The notes below the pieces were generated by a model. That model ran no database searches, had not been told where the DNA came from, and saw only the letters and a list, made by a program, of their open reading frames with translations. The position numbers and the translations under genes are program-made. Shown piece by piece: positions 7,613-17,424 of a stretch of 64,000 bases of DNA. The stretch lies in IMG/VR virus record IMGVR_UViG_2974715105_000001, positions 720 through 64,719 of that record; one strand, given 5' to 3'. How positions within the stretch are numbered: the stretch's first letter is position 1; every line of letters begins with the position of its first letter. Source of the DNA: a virus.

Positions 7613-9910
7613 ATGTTTAAACTTTCCTGGATATTCGGGCGCAAAAAGGATAATGCTGCCTGTTCTGAATCGGCGCCGGAGAAAGTCGCACGAATCCCTC
7701 AGCACGATCCGCTCGACCCTATGATTAAGCTTGGGAAGATTCGCGGCTGGAACGTCGAGCCGGAGAAAGCTCCGGTCATCCGTAGCGTGAAGGATTTTCT
7801 GGAGCCGGGTCTATCCGTCGCAATGGACAGTGCGTATGGTGACGGACCCACCCCAGCCGCGAAAGCTGCCGCTGGCGGCCAGAATCCCTATGTAGTCCCG
7901 ACCATGCTGCAGGACTGGTATAATTCCCAAGGATTCATCGGATACCAAGCTTGCGCCATCATTTCTCAGCACTGGTTGGTTGACAAAGCTTGCTCCATGT
8001 CAGGCGAAGACGCCGCGCGGAACGGATGGGAACTCAAGTCGGACGGCCGGAAGCTGTCGGATGAACAAAGCGCGCTGATCGCCCGGCGCGACATGGAGTT
8101 CCGCATCAAAGACAACCTTGTCGAGCTGAATCGATTCAAGAACGTTTTCGGCGTTCGCATCGCGCTATTCGTAGTGGAATCCGACGATCCTGACTACTAT
8201 GAGAAACCGTTCAACCCTGATGGCATCACCCCCGGCTCTTACAAAGGTATCTCCCAGGTTGACCCGTATTGGGCGATGCCGCAATTGACTGCGGCCTCGA
8301 CTGCAGATCCATCTGCCGAGCACTTTTATGAGCCGGATTTCTGGATCATCAGCGGGAAGAAGTATCATCGCAGCCATCTGGTGGTCGTTCGTGGGCCGCA
8401 GCCGCCAGATATCCTGAAGCCGACATACATTTTCGGAGGCATCCCGCTCACCCAGCGCATTTACGAGCGCGTGTATGCTGCCGAGCGAACTGCGAACGAA
8501 GCGCCGTTGCTGGCGATGTCGAAGCGAACCAGCACCATTCACGTTGACGTGGAAAAGGCCATCGCGAATGAGGATGCCTTCAACGCCCGTCTGGCGTTCT
8601 GGATCGCCAATCGAGACAACCATGGCGTGAAAGTTATTGGTATTGATGAAACCATGGAGCAGTTCGATACGAACCTGTCCGATTTCGACAGCGTCATCAT
8701 GAACCAATATCAGCTGGTTGCGGCCATCGCCAAGACTCCTGCGACGAAGCTACTCGGCACTTCTCCCAAAGGATTCAACGCGACTGGTGAGCACGAGACG
8801 ATTTCTTATCACGAAGAGTTGGAATCGATTCAAGAGCATATATTCGACCCGCTGCTTGAGCGTCATTATTTGCTGCTGGCAAAATCGGAAGCGATCGATG
8901 TACAGCTGGAAATCGTCTGGAACCCTGTGGATTCCACAACCAGCCAGCAGCAAGCCGAGCTGAACAACAAGAAAGCGGCAACTGATGAAATTTACATCAA
9001 CTCCGGCGTCGTGTCTCCGGATGAAGTCCGCGAGCGCCTGCGTGATGATCCGCGCTCCGGCTATAATCGACTCACCGACGATCAGGCCGAAACCGAGCCG
9101 GGCATGTCTCCGGAAAACCTGGCCGAACTCGAAAAGGCCGGTGCGCAGTCGGCGAAGGCGAAAGGCGAGGCCGAGCGAGCCGAAGCCCAAGCGGGCGCCG
9201 TAGAAGGCGCAGGCGACCCAGTTCCGGCCGCTCCACGCGGTACTAAGCCCCTCGCGAAAGCGGCCGAGGAAGGGGCCGGCGAGGCCGCTACACCGCCGTC
9301 GCGGCCGAACCCCAGGGCCGAGCTTCGGAACCTGCTGTCCGATCTACTGTCGAAACTCGAAGCCCTGGACGACGCGCAGGCTCCGGACGGCGTGGACATA
9401 GAGCAGGATGACGCGCCAGGTCTGAAGAGAACGTCAAAGCCGAGCGTATCGGGTATGGAGCCTTCGGTGTTTTCGTCCAACCGCATCGTCGGCCCTCGTG
9501 ATCATTCTGAACTCCAGAGGATCAAGGTCAATGGAATTACTACCTTGATCGAAAATCCGCGCGGAAGTATCCGGCAAGGGAAGGATGGGAGCTGGCGAGT
9601 CCAGATGAAACACCACTATGGGTTCATCAAAGGTACGAAGGGGGCTGATGGTGATGAGGTCGATTGCTTCGTAGGCCCGAACCTTGGTTCGAAACGGGTC
9701 TTCGTCGTCAACCAGGTGAACAAAGAGGGGCAATTCGACGAGCACAAGTGCATGCTCGGCTTCAACAACATCAACGACGCCAAGTCTGGATATCTGTCTT
9801 GCTTCCGTCCGGGCTGGGATGGACTCGGCTCCATCCATGAAGTTGATCTGCCCGCCTTCCGTCGCTGGCTGGCAAACGGCGACACTACGAAGCCATTTGG
9901 AGGCAAGTGA
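7613..9910 (+). CDS. Portal protein with C-terminal pyrophosphatase-like extension (765 aa)
   Basis: First structural gene; DUF1073/anti-CBASS-unrelated portal-type core (LLGTSPKGFNATGEHE); Ala/Pro/Glu linker; terminal ~130-aa domain. Confidence 0.88.
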   Translation: MFKLSWIFGRKKDNAACSESAPEKVARIPQHDPLDPMIKLGKIRGWNVEPEKAPVIRSVKDFLEPGLSVAMDSAYGDGPTPAAKAAAGGQNPYVVPTMLQDWYNSQGFIGYQACAIISQHWLVDKACSMSGEDAARNGWELKSDGRKLSDEQSALIARRDMEFRIKDNLVELNRFKNVFGVRIALFVVESDDPDYYEKPFNPDGITPGSYKGISQVDPYWAMPQLTAASTADPSAEHFYEPDFWIISGKKYHRSHLVVVRGPQPPDILKPTYIFGGIPLTQRIYERVYAAERTANEAPLLAMSKRTSTIHVDVEKAIANEDAFNARLAFWIANRDNHGVKVIGIDETMEQFDTNLSDFDSVIMNQYQLVAAIAKTPATKLLGTSPKGFNATGEHETISYHEELESIQEHIFDPLLERHYLLLAKSEAIDVQLEIVWNPVDSTTSQQQAELNNKKAATDEIYINSGVVSPDEVRERLRDDPRSGYNRLTDDQAETEPGMSPENLAELEKAGAQSAKAKGEAERAEAQAGAVEGAGDPVPAAPRGTKPLAKAAEEGAGEAATPPSRPNPRAELRNLLSDLLSKLEALDDAQAPDGVDIEQDDAPGLKRTSKPSVSGMEPSVFSSNRIVGPRDHSELQRIKVNGITTLIENPRGSIRQGKDGSWRVQMKHHYGFIKGTKGADGDEVDCFVGPNLGSKRVFVVNQVNKEGQFDEHKCMLGFNNINDAKSGYLSCFRPGWDGLGSIHEVDLPAFRRWLANGDTTKPFGGK

Positions 9911-10746
9911 TGGCGTTCAAAGCCTCCAAGAAACGCGAACGCCGGGCGCCTCTTCCAGTCGGAAGAGGCAAGCCCATAATTCCTTCTGCTGGAATCGAAG
10001 CCTGGTATCGAAAGCAAATGAAGGATATTACCAAACTCATGATCGCCGATTATCGAAGTGAAATTGAAAAGGCCATATCCCAGCCCGCGGCCGAACGGTT
10101 CTTCGCGAAAGACGAATCTGTGAACGTCCTGTTCAAGATGACTCTGCGAAGCCTTCAGCAGCGATGGAATCGCATCTTTGAAGGTTTCGCATCCAAAATC
10201 GCTCCTGAGTTCGTCAATCGGGCCGACGAAGCCGCGACCGCTGCGACTCTACATAGCCTGTCAGTTGCCGGCGTCGATCAGCCGCGAGCTTCGTACAATG
10301 AGAGCGTCAGGAACACCCTGGAAGCCGCGACTACTTACAACCATACCCTCATCACCAATATTCAGGAGGAAGTCCACGAGAAAATTTACACATCCGTCAT
10401 GCTGTCTCTGACTTCCCCAAACCCAGAGGAACAAGGAACTTCCGGAATAACAAATGCACTTCGAGAAGTCGGAAGGTTTTCTGAAAACCGAATCGAACTC
10501 ATCGCAAGAGATCAAACCAGTAAACTTTACAGTTCGTTGAGTGATGAGAGAATGGCAGAGAATGGAGTCGAAGAGTTCGAATGGATGCACTCTTCGGCAG
10601 GAAAGACGCCTCGCCATACCCACCTGGAAAAGGACGGGAAAAGATTCAAACTGAATGACCCTAGACTTTGGGAAGGTCCGAAGGCCGACCAAGGGCCGCC
10701 AGGTTGGGCGATTAACTGCCGGTGCAGAAAAATCCCAATCATTTAG
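9910..10746 (+). CDS. MuF-family minor head protein (278 aa)
   Basis: ELIARDQTSK, EFEWMHS...RHTH, PPGWAINCRC motifs; directly after the portal. Confidence 0.88.
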   Translation: MAFKASKKRERRAPLPVGRGKPIIPSAGIEAWYRKQMKDITKLMIADYRSEIEKAISQPAAERFFAKDESVNVLFKMTLRSLQQRWNRIFEGFASKIAPEFVNRADEAATAATLHSLSVAGVDQPRASYNESVRNTLEAATTYNHTLITNIQEEVHEKIYTSVMLSLTSPNPEEQGTSGITNALREVGRFSENRIELIARDQTSKLYSSLSDERMAENGVEEFEWMHSSAGKTPRHTHLEKDGKRFKLNDPRLWEGPKADQGPPGWAINCRCRKIPII

Positions 10747-10765
10747 TCGTCGATAGGAGTGCGAT

Positions 10766-10972
10766 ATGCCGTTAGTCCATGGAACTTCCAATGAAGCCCG
10801 TTCTGAAAACATCAAGCGGGAGATTGAAGCAGGGAAAGACCCGAAACAGGCAGCCGCCATAGCCTATTCCGTCCAGCGCAGCGAGAAAGGGAAGAAGGCG
10901 AAAGATTGTTCGCCTGAACTCGTCGCCGATCTTCGCGCCCTGGTAGACTCGCTGTCGAGGCTCGTGAAATGA
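10766..10972 (+). CDS. Small hypothetical protein (68 aa)
   Basis: RBS AGGAG; [23 protein letters not shown] is a motif common in head-module small proteins. Confidence 0.78.
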   Translation: MPLVHGTSNEARSENIKREIEAGKDPKQAAAIAYSVQRSEKGKKAKDCSPELVADLRALVDSLSRLVK

Positions 10973-11106
10973 ACCGAAAGACATGCATACGCCGACTCGC
11001 GACCGATGTAATCAAGGCCAATATTAACGGCGGATTCTTCAGCCTGAAGTTTGCCGCAGTTGATCTGGCCATCATCGGCGTCTCAATCCTGATTGCTTTC
11101 GGCTGA
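10969..11106 (+). CDS. Small membrane protein (45 aa)
   Basis: ATGA overlap; [10 protein letters not shown]...[13 protein letters not shown]; read by eye, not in the ORF track. Confidence 0.6.
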   Translation: MNRKTCIRRLATDVIKANINGGFFSLKFAAVDLAIIGVSILIAFG

Positions 11107-11540
11107 TGATGCCGCGAAAATCCGGATTCTGAATAAAAATTCGGGTCCGGATAGCCGCAAATTACCGTTTCTGGGAAATAGCGGTAATTTGGAAAGCCTA
11201 CTGCCGCAAGGCTTTAACATGCTAAATTCCTAATTTCCAATTTCGCCGCATGCCGCAAAAGTATATAGCATGGGAAATTAGGAATAACGTTCTAATAGAA
11301 TTCATCTATAAGTAACGTTATAATATAACGTGAATCGATATGCTCTATACGTATTGAAATTCAATTTTTAATTGGTAAATTGGTAATTTGGATTAGTTTA
11401 AAGATTGAAAGTCTTGCGGCAGTAGGCTTAGACAAATCCCGTCAAATTTCCGAAACCAAGTTACCAGTTTTCGCGGCTGAGGAAATCCGGTAATTAGATC
11501 ACAATACAGATTCTAGTGTAAATTAACAGTCGCGGCTACA
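11107..11540. other. AT-rich non-coding element A with convergent GCCGCRA motifs and nested inverted repeats
   Basis: 17-bp perfect IR at 11194-11210/11413-11429; 13-bp IR at 11226-11238/11273-11285; homologous to 57173-57450. Confidence 0.8.
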
Positions 11541-11560
11541 TCTAATTATTGTTCCGCTTA

Positions 11561-11589
11561 TTTACCCTTGGATGTCCTGCGTATATAAT
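11561..11589 (+). promoter_or_regulatory. Sigma70-like promoter of the head operon
   Basis: TTTACC, 17 nt, TATAAT. Confidence 0.65.
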
Positions 11590-11621
11590 ACAGCCATAGT
11601 CCACGACTCTTCGAATTAACG

Positions 11622-13058
11622 ATGGCAAAGTCGAAAAGAAAAATTGACGAAAATGGATATATGACCATCGAGGGTTGTCCAATCAGCTCTTATGGCATTT
11701 TCCAATATTCTGCCGGTCAACTCGGTCTTCCGGGCGATCCGATGCGGATTGTCAACGTGTATCGTCCGGAGTCTGCCGTTAGCGATCCTGAGTACATCGA
11801 ATCTCTGAAGAATCTCCCGCTGATCGACGAGCACGAAATGCTGTCGGGATTCGACGGCGATGACGACGGCGTGGCTCCCGAAGACAAAGGCGTGGAAGGC
11901 ATCATCACAGCCAACGCCTACTACGAAGCTCCATGGGCTCGCGGCGATATCCGCATCTATTCCCGCAACATGCAGCATCAGCTGGAAAGGGGCAAGGAAG
12001 ATCTGTCCCTAGGCTATAGTTGCCGCTACACTGAGCAACCCGGCATCTGGAATGGAACGCCTTATGAAGTCGTCCAGGACAAGATGCGCGGCAACCACAT
12101 CGCCCTGGTAAAAGAGGGTCGTGTGCCGGGGGCCAGAGTATTGGATGGTCTGTGCTTTGACCATCTCAGTTTTGATTTCAGACCATCCGATGAGGGTAAT
12201 GAAATGGGTCTCAAGAAAGCCAAGCAGAAGACTCCTGTCCAGCGCGCAGGACAAGCTGCTGATTCGGCGGTCGAAGAGTTGCGCGCCCTGTGGCCGAAGC
12301 TCTCTGCATCTGTCCAGAAGTTCCTGGGCGAAGAGGCGCAGGAGCCGGAGCACCAGGAAGGCGCAGCCGCTCCGGCCGAACCGACCGACAGCGAGCACAT
12401 GACCGAGCATCCGACTCTGGAAGGCGCTCAGGGAGACGACGAAGAGCACGAAGAAGCGCCGTCCGTTGTCGATCCGGCCGTGGCCGCCGTCGATCCGGAG
12501 CATCAAGAAGGTGCCGCATCCGAAATGTCCGGTGAAGGCGAAGTCGCCGAACTGATCTCCCAGGTCAAGGCCATTCTGGCTCGACTGGAGGGCACGGTAG
12601 CCGAAGAGGCGGACGAAGAGCATGGCAAAGGTCAAGATGTCGTCGAGGGCTTGGAAGAACAGAGCATCCTCAGCGGCGCGCAAACCGCCAGCGACGATGG
12701 TGGTGAGGGCAAGGATAACAGCGAGGAACTTCCTGAAATGGCACAGAAGAACGCGCAAGATGCTGCAATTCGTGGTCTCTATCGCGACATTGCTGCTAAA
12801 GATCGCCTCTACAAGCGTCTTAGTTCCGTGGTTGGTGCGTTCGATCACCGAGCTATGGACTCGGCTGAAGTCGCTGTTTACGGCGTGAAGAAGCTGGCGA
12901 TCAGCTGTGAGAAGGGCCAGGAAGTTCTGGCGCTCGACATGTACCTGAAAGGCGTCGAAGCTGCTCGTGGCGCGGCCAGCCGTCAATCGAAAGCCCAGGA
13001 TTCGGCCAGTTCTGCTCCGCAGTGCGCCGAGCTGGACAGTTACCTGAAGGGGGAGTAA
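11622..13058 (+). CDS. DUF2213-type prohead protease/scaffold protein (478 aa)
   Basis: N-terminal DUF2213-like domain (DLSLGYSC...GNHIALVKEGR) followed by an acidic scaffold; upstream of the capsid genes. Confidence 0.85.
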   Translation: MAKSKRKIDENGYMTIEGCPISSYGIFQYSAGQLGLPGDPMRIVNVYRPESAVSDPEYIESLKNLPLIDEHEMLSGFDGDDDGVAPEDKGVEGIITANAYYEAPWARGDIRIYSRNMQHQLERGKEDLSLGYSCRYTEQPGIWNGTPYEVVQDKMRGNHIALVKEGRVPGARVLDGLCFDHLSFDFRPSDEGNEMGLKKAKQKTPVQRAGQAADSAVEELRALWPKLSASVQKFLGEEAQEPEHQEGAAAPAEPTDSEHMTEHPTLEGAQGDDEEHEEAPSVVDPAVAAVDPEHQEGAASEMSGEGEVAELISQVKAILARLEGTVAEEADEEHGKGQDVVEGLEEQSILSGAQTASDDGGEGKDNSEELPEMAQKNAQDAAIRGLYRDIAAKDRLYKRLSSVVGAFDHRAMDSAEVAVYGVKKLAISCEKGQEVLALDMYLKGVEAARGAASRQSKAQDSASSAPQCAELDSYLKGE

Positions 13059-13061
13059 CCC

Positions 13062-13697
13062 ATGTTCCAGAAACAAGTCTATCGCCAGTACACTCCTGGT
13101 TTTCCTGGTGATCTGATCGAGGACGGCCCGAAGCGTGCGCGGCCGGGTCGGATCATGGCGTTGGCATCGGTCACTCCGGCCGCGACTGCCACCGGCCCCA
13201 ACCGCATCAGTCGCGCGTTCGGTTACGCAGGTGATGTCGGCTCCCTCGGTGAAGGCCAGCCGAAGACCGTTGCCGCGCGCGCTTCTGAAGTCGTGGTCGG
13301 CGGCGCAACCTTCTTCGGCATCCTCGGCCACCCGAAGCATTATTCTCTGTACGGGTCGGCCGGCGATTCCCTGGCCCCCAGCTATGACCTGCCCGATGGC
13401 TCCGAAGGCGAGTTCTTCGACATGGCCACCGGCCTGGTCGTCGAAATCTTCAACGGCGCCGCCACCGCCCTGGATTTGAGTTACGGCGATCCGGTGGCAT
13501 ATGTACCGAACAACCTGCCTACCGCCGACAACGCCCTGGGCCTGCCGGCCGGCGCCCTGGTCGGTTTCAAGGCTGGCTCCATGCCAACCGGCCTGGTTCA
13601 AATCCCCAACGCGCGTATCGTCAATGCCATCAGCCTGCCTGCCCAGTCGGCGGGGAATCTGGTAGCTGGCGTTACCATCGTCCAGCTCACGCAGTAA
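13062..13697 (+). CDS. Capsid decoration (cement) protein (211 aa)
   Basis: Position between scaffold and major capsid gene; Gly/Ala-rich beta protein. Confidence 0.75.
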   Translation: MFQKQVYRQYTPGFPGDLIEDGPKRARPGRIMALASVTPAATATGPNRISRAFGYAGDVGSLGEGQPKTVAARASEVVVGGATFFGILGHPKHYSLYGSAGDSLAPSYDLPDGSEGEFFDMATGLVVEIFNGAATALDLSYGDPVAYVPNNLPTADNALGLPAGALVGFKAGSMPTGLVQIPNARIVNAISLPAQSAGNLVAGVTIVQLTQ

Positions 13698-13706
13698 GGA
13701 GGCGTC

Positions 13707-14855
13707 ATGAGCCATATCAGTAAGACCCATTCGCGCCTCGCAGGCCGTCACGCAAAGCCATTCGACCTGAAGAACGTCACCCACGAAGCCGTGGCCGCCC
13801 TGAGTCGCATCGGCCTGGTATTCGATCACGCCGTCGTCCAGGACCAGATCAAGGCCTTGGCGAAGGCCGGCGCATTCCGTTCCGGCTCGGCCATGGACAG
13901 CAACTTCACCGCCCCGGTGACCACGCCGTCCATCCCGACCCCCATCCAGTTCCTTCAGACCTGGTTGCCTGGGTTCGTGAAGGTCATGACCGCCGCGCGG
14001 AAAATCGATGAGATCATCGGCATCGACACCGTTGGCTCCTGGGAAGACCAGGAAATCGTTCAGGGCATCGTTGAGCCGGCCGGCACTGCGGTGGAATACG
14101 GTGACCACACCAACATCCCGCTGACCAGCTGGAACGCCAACTTCGAGCGCCGCACCATCGTTCGTGGTGAGCTGGGTCTGCTCGTGGGTACTCTGGAAGA
14201 GGGCCGCGCTTCGGCCATTCGCCTGAACAGCGCAGAGACCAAGCGTCAGCAGGCGGCCATCGGTCTGGAAATCTTCCGCAACGCCATCGGTTTTTACGGC
14301 TGGCAGAGCGGCCTGGGCAACCGCACCTATGGTTTCCTGAATGACCCCAACCTGCCGCCGTTCCAGACCCCGCCGAGCCAGGGCTGGGCCACTGCCGATT
14401 GGGCGGGTATCATCGGGGATATTCGTGAGGCCGTCCGCCAGCTGCGCATCCAGAGCCAAGACCAGATCGACCCGAAGGCCGAGAAGATCACCATGGCCCT
14501 GGCCACCAGCAAGGTGGACTACCTGTCGGTGACCACGCCTTACGGCATTTCGGTTTCTGACTGGATCGAACAGACCTATCCGAAGATGCGGATCGTGTCG
14601 GCTCCGGAGCTGTCCGGCGTCCAGATGCAGGGCCAAACGCCGGAAGACGCCCTGGTCCTCTTCGTCGAAGAAGTTGACGCGTCCGTCGATGGCAGCACCG
14701 ATGGCGGCAGCGTGTTCAGCCAGCTGGTTCAGAGCAAGTTCATCACCCTTGGCGTCGAAAAGCGGGCGAAGTCGTATGTGGAGGATTTCTCCAACGGCAC
14801 TGCCGGTGCTCTTTGCAAACGCCCTTGGGCTGTGGTGCGCTACCTCGGCATCTAA
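13707..14855 (+). CDS. Major capsid protein (382 aa)
   Basis: DUF2184-like HK97-fold features (GFLNDPNL); strong codon bias; RBS AGGAGG; followed by a terminator. Confidence 0.9.
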   Translation: MSHISKTHSRLAGRHAKPFDLKNVTHEAVAALSRIGLVFDHAVVQDQIKALAKAGAFRSGSAMDSNFTAPVTTPSIPTPIQFLQTWLPGFVKVMTAARKIDEIIGIDTVGSWEDQEIVQGIVEPAGTAVEYGDHTNIPLTSWNANFERRTIVRGELGLLVGTLEEGRASAIRLNSAETKRQQAAIGLEIFRNAIGFYGWQSGLGNRTYGFLNDPNLPPFQTPPSQGWATADWAGIIGDIREAVRQLRIQSQDQIDPKAEKITMALATSKVDYLSVTTPYGISVSDWIEQTYPKMRIVSAPELSGVQMQGQTPEDALVLFVEEVDASVDGSTDGGSVFSQLVQSKFITLGVEKRAKSYVEDFSNGTAGALCKRPWAVVRYLGI

Positions 14856-14870
14856 CCGATGCTGACTCAC

Positions 14871-14894
14871 CAAAGGCCGGGCTTCCGGCCTTTG
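14871..14894 (+). terminator. Intrinsic terminator after the major capsid gene
   Basis: CAAAGGCCGG-GCTT-CCGGCCTTTG, followed by TT. Confidence 0.85.
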
Positions 14895-14956
14895 TTCACT
14901 CTGACTCTGACTCGGTTGTAGGGGCCGGTTAGGGCATAATTAATAGGACTACGCCA

Positions 14957-15394
14957 ATGACTGTTTACATCGTTTCCGCAATGACTCAATCCGTGTCTTA
15001 CAATGCGTATGACACCTCTGATCCGTCCAACCCTCGTCTCCAGAGAAAGGTGCTGATTCGCGGCCGCGCTGGCATTGCATCCGAAACGTCCGGCTTCGGT
15101 GACATGATTTCCGACGCATCCGGGCGCCCGATCTGGACGCCGCAGGGCGATTGCACGGCGGTGAGCGATTCCGATTTCGAACTGCTCCAGACCAACAAAA
15201 TCTTCATGCGGCACATGGAGAAAGGTTACCTGCGAGTCGTGAAAACCGACATCACCAATGACCACCAGCGGATTGCGAAAGAGACTCGCACCATGGAGCG
15301 TGATGGTTTTCAACCTCTGGATTCTGCTCGCCTGAAGCAGAAGATTAAAGTGACTACTGCCAGCGCTTCCCAGGAACAAGAGTTCCGGGTTTAA
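14957..15394 (+). CDS. Head-module structural or hypothetical protein (145 aa)
   Basis: RBS AGGA; follows a CATAAT promoter-like box. Confidence 0.78.
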   Translation: MTVYIVSAMTQSVSYNAYDTSDPSNPRLQRKVLIRGRAGIASETSGFGDMISDASGRPIWTPQGDCTAVSDSDFELLQTNKIFMRHMEKGYLRVVKTDITNDHQRIAKETRTMERDGFQPLDSARLKQKIKVTTASASQEQEFRV

Positions 15395-15408
15395 CCGAGG
15401 GTTTCGGT

Positions 15409-15876
15409 ATGGTGATTTTCGACGAGCAAAAGTTTCGCACGCTTTTTCCGGAGTTTGCTGACCCAGCGTCCTATCCGGCTGTGCGCCTGCAACTGTATTT
15501 CGACATTGCGTGCGAATTCATTTCTGATCGAGATTCTCCATACCGAATTCTCAATGGCAAAGCTTTGGAAGCCTGTCTGTATCTTCTGACGGCCCACCTC
15601 CTTTCGCTGTCGACGATGCAAGTTCAGGGCGCGGCCGGCGGCGGGGTCACAGCAGGTGGGACCCAAGGCGGTTTCATCACTAGCGCTACGGTCGGCGAGG
15701 TCAGCGTTGCCAAGCTCGCGCCCCCTGCCAAGAATGGTTGGCAGTGGTGGCTTTCCGGGACGCCTTACGGTCAGGAACTGTGGGCGCTCCTGAGTGTCAA
15801 GGCCGTTGGCGGATTCTACATCGGCGGCCTTCCAGAACGCAGAGGATTCCGGAAGGTTGGAGGGACGTTCTGGTGA
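15409..15876 (+). CDS. Head-to-tail adaptor (DUF4054-like, 155 aa)
   Basis: FRTLFPEFAD...YLLTAHLL...SATVGEVSV...TPYGQELW. Confidence 0.82.
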   Translation: MVIFDEQKFRTLFPEFADPASYPAVRLQLYFDIACEFISDRDSPYRILNGKALEACLYLLTAHLLSLSTMQVQGAAGGGVTAGGTQGGFITSATVGEVSVAKLAPPAKNGWQWWLSGTPYGQELWALLSVKAVGGFYIGGLPERRGFRKVGGTFW

Positions 15877-16271
15877 TCCCTGGAGCGAATCTGCTGCGTA
15901 TGGCATTTAGCGTCATAGGAACGCAGCTCGTTCAGTATCGCAAATTCGAGCAGAGGACGAAGAATAGCCAGGCGCAGTACGTTTCTGTGTTTGGCGAGCC
16001 ATTCCAATTGGCCGCTTCCATCCAAAGGGTTCGTCGCGATCAGTATGTCCAGTTCAATCTGGAGTTTCAACGAAATTACGTCATGATCTTCGCCAACTTT
16101 GAGATGGTTGACTTGGATCGAGATTTGGCCGGCGACCAGTTTATATGGACCGGAAGAGTTTTTCAACTAGAGTCTCAAGGCTCTTGGTTTTATCAGGACG
16201 GCTGGGGAGTCTGCTTAGCCGTGGATATCGGTACAGCAAAACTAGCTGAAGACGGAACCCTGACTTTCTAG
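15873..16271 (+). CDS. Neck / head-closure protein (132 aa)
   Basis: GTG start overlapping the adaptor stop (GTGA); position in the neck module. Confidence 0.7.
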   Translation: MIPGANLLRMAFSVIGTQLVQYRKFEQRTKNSQAQYVSVFGEPFQLAASIQRVRRDQYVQFNLEFQRNYVMIFANFEMVDLDRDLAGDQFIWTGRVFQLESQGSWFYQDGWGVCLAVDIGTAKLAEDGTLTF

Positions 16272-16278
16272 GTGGCTT

Positions 16279-16830
16279 ATGTTCGACGGCGAACTGATAG
16301 AAAAATTGGTGGTCGAGCTTACTTCCGCCATGACGTCAGCCAAAGAAACTTTGCAATTTCCTGATTTTGAGGTCGTGCAGAAAGCCCAGCCGACTCAACA
16401 GGGCACGTCAACCAAGCCTGCAATCTTCTTCCAGAAGCTGTTTGACATCCCTCGCGGCTGGCCGGCAACCGATTGGTATCTGGACAACGCCGCCAGAAAA
16501 TATGTAGAAATTACTCGGCAGCATGTCGAGACGACTTTTCAGATAAGTTCCCTTCATTGGCAAAATCCTGAGCTGGATCATGTAGTAACGGCAGCCGATA
16601 TCGCCAATTATGTGAGAGCTTATTTCCAGGCTCGGTCCACCATTCAGCGAGTCAAGGAACTGGACTTCCTCATCCTTCGCGTGTCTCATATATCCAACGA
16701 GGCATTCGAAAACGACAATCATCAATTCGAATTCCACCCAAGTTTTGACATGGTTGTAACTTACAATCAGTATATTCGTCTGCACGAAAACGCAGCATAT
16801 TCGGCCGATGGGGTGTTGATAGGCATATGA
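16279..16830 (+). CDS. Neck / tail-terminator protein (183 aa)
   Basis: Position; TTFQIS and FDMVVTY strands typical of tail terminators. Confidence 0.68.
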   Translation: MFDGELIEKLVVELTSAMTSAKETLQFPDFEVVQKAQPTQQGTSTKPAIFFQKLFDIPRGWPATDWYLDNAARKYVEITRQHVETTFQISSLHWQNPELDHVVTAADIANYVRAYFQARSTIQRVKELDFLILRVSHISNEAFENDNHQFEFHPSFDMVVTYNQYIRLHENAAYSADGVLIGI

Positions 16831-17408
16831 GCCTGAGACGCGATTCAGAACTGATCGCCGCGCACTTGCAGATGTTAAGAGCAATGCGCGGCAGGTCCGT
16901 TTCGGCCGGATGGTATTCCACCGCTCGATATCCTGATAAGGCGGGCGGATCGGTCGGAATACAAGTCGCGAGAATCGCGCGCCTCAATGAGTACGGCGGA
17001 ACTATCGACCATCCGGGCGGGACCAGGTATATTAGGGACGCCATTGTTCGGGGTCGGTTTGTTGGCGTTCGGTTCGTCAGAAACGATTTTCCGGGAGAAA
17101 CCGAGGTAACAAAACCTCACAGGATTACAATCCCGGCTCGACCGTTTATGCGATATGCTTGGAACTTATTTTCCGCAGATCGCGCAGCAATCCAGAATCG
17201 AATAGCCATGAGGCTGGCCAGAGGACAAATCACGCCGGATCAAGCGCTTGCCCAGATCGGCCTGGCGTTGGAAGGATACATAGCCAGAAGCATAAGGACC
17301 GGGCCATGGGTGGCTAACTCAGCATCTACGGTCAGGAGAAAGGGTTTCAACAGACCGCTGGTCGATACGGCTCACATGCTCCAGTCGATTAGCAGCAGAG
17401 TAACATAA
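16827..17408 (+). CDS. Virion morphogenesis / tail completion protein (193 aa)
   Basis: LNEYG, IPARPFMR, NSASTVRRKGFNRPLVDTAHML. Confidence 0.75.
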   Translation: MSLRRDSELIAAHLQMLRAMRGRSVSAGWYSTARYPDKAGGSVGIQVARIARLNEYGGTIDHPGGTRYIRDAIVRGRFVGVRFVRNDFPGETEVTKPHRITIPARPFMRYAWNLFSADRAAIQNRIAMRLARGQITPDQALAQIGLALEGYIARSIRTGPWVANSASTVRRKGFNRPLVDTAHMLQSISSRVT

Positions 17409-17424
17409 ACCAGGAGATCATCCA

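Noticed and set aside
7523-7705. 60-aa ORF in the divergent promoter region
   Set aside because: AT-rich regulatory DNA, antisense overlap with the portal start, no RBS.
12009-14873. 954-aa antisense ORF over the head genes (likewise 17389-19494, 30947-33196, 43602-46565, 4453-5583)
   Set aside because: Shadow frames. They arise because the highly biased sense genes avoid TTA, CTA and TCA codons. They have no motifs or RBS.
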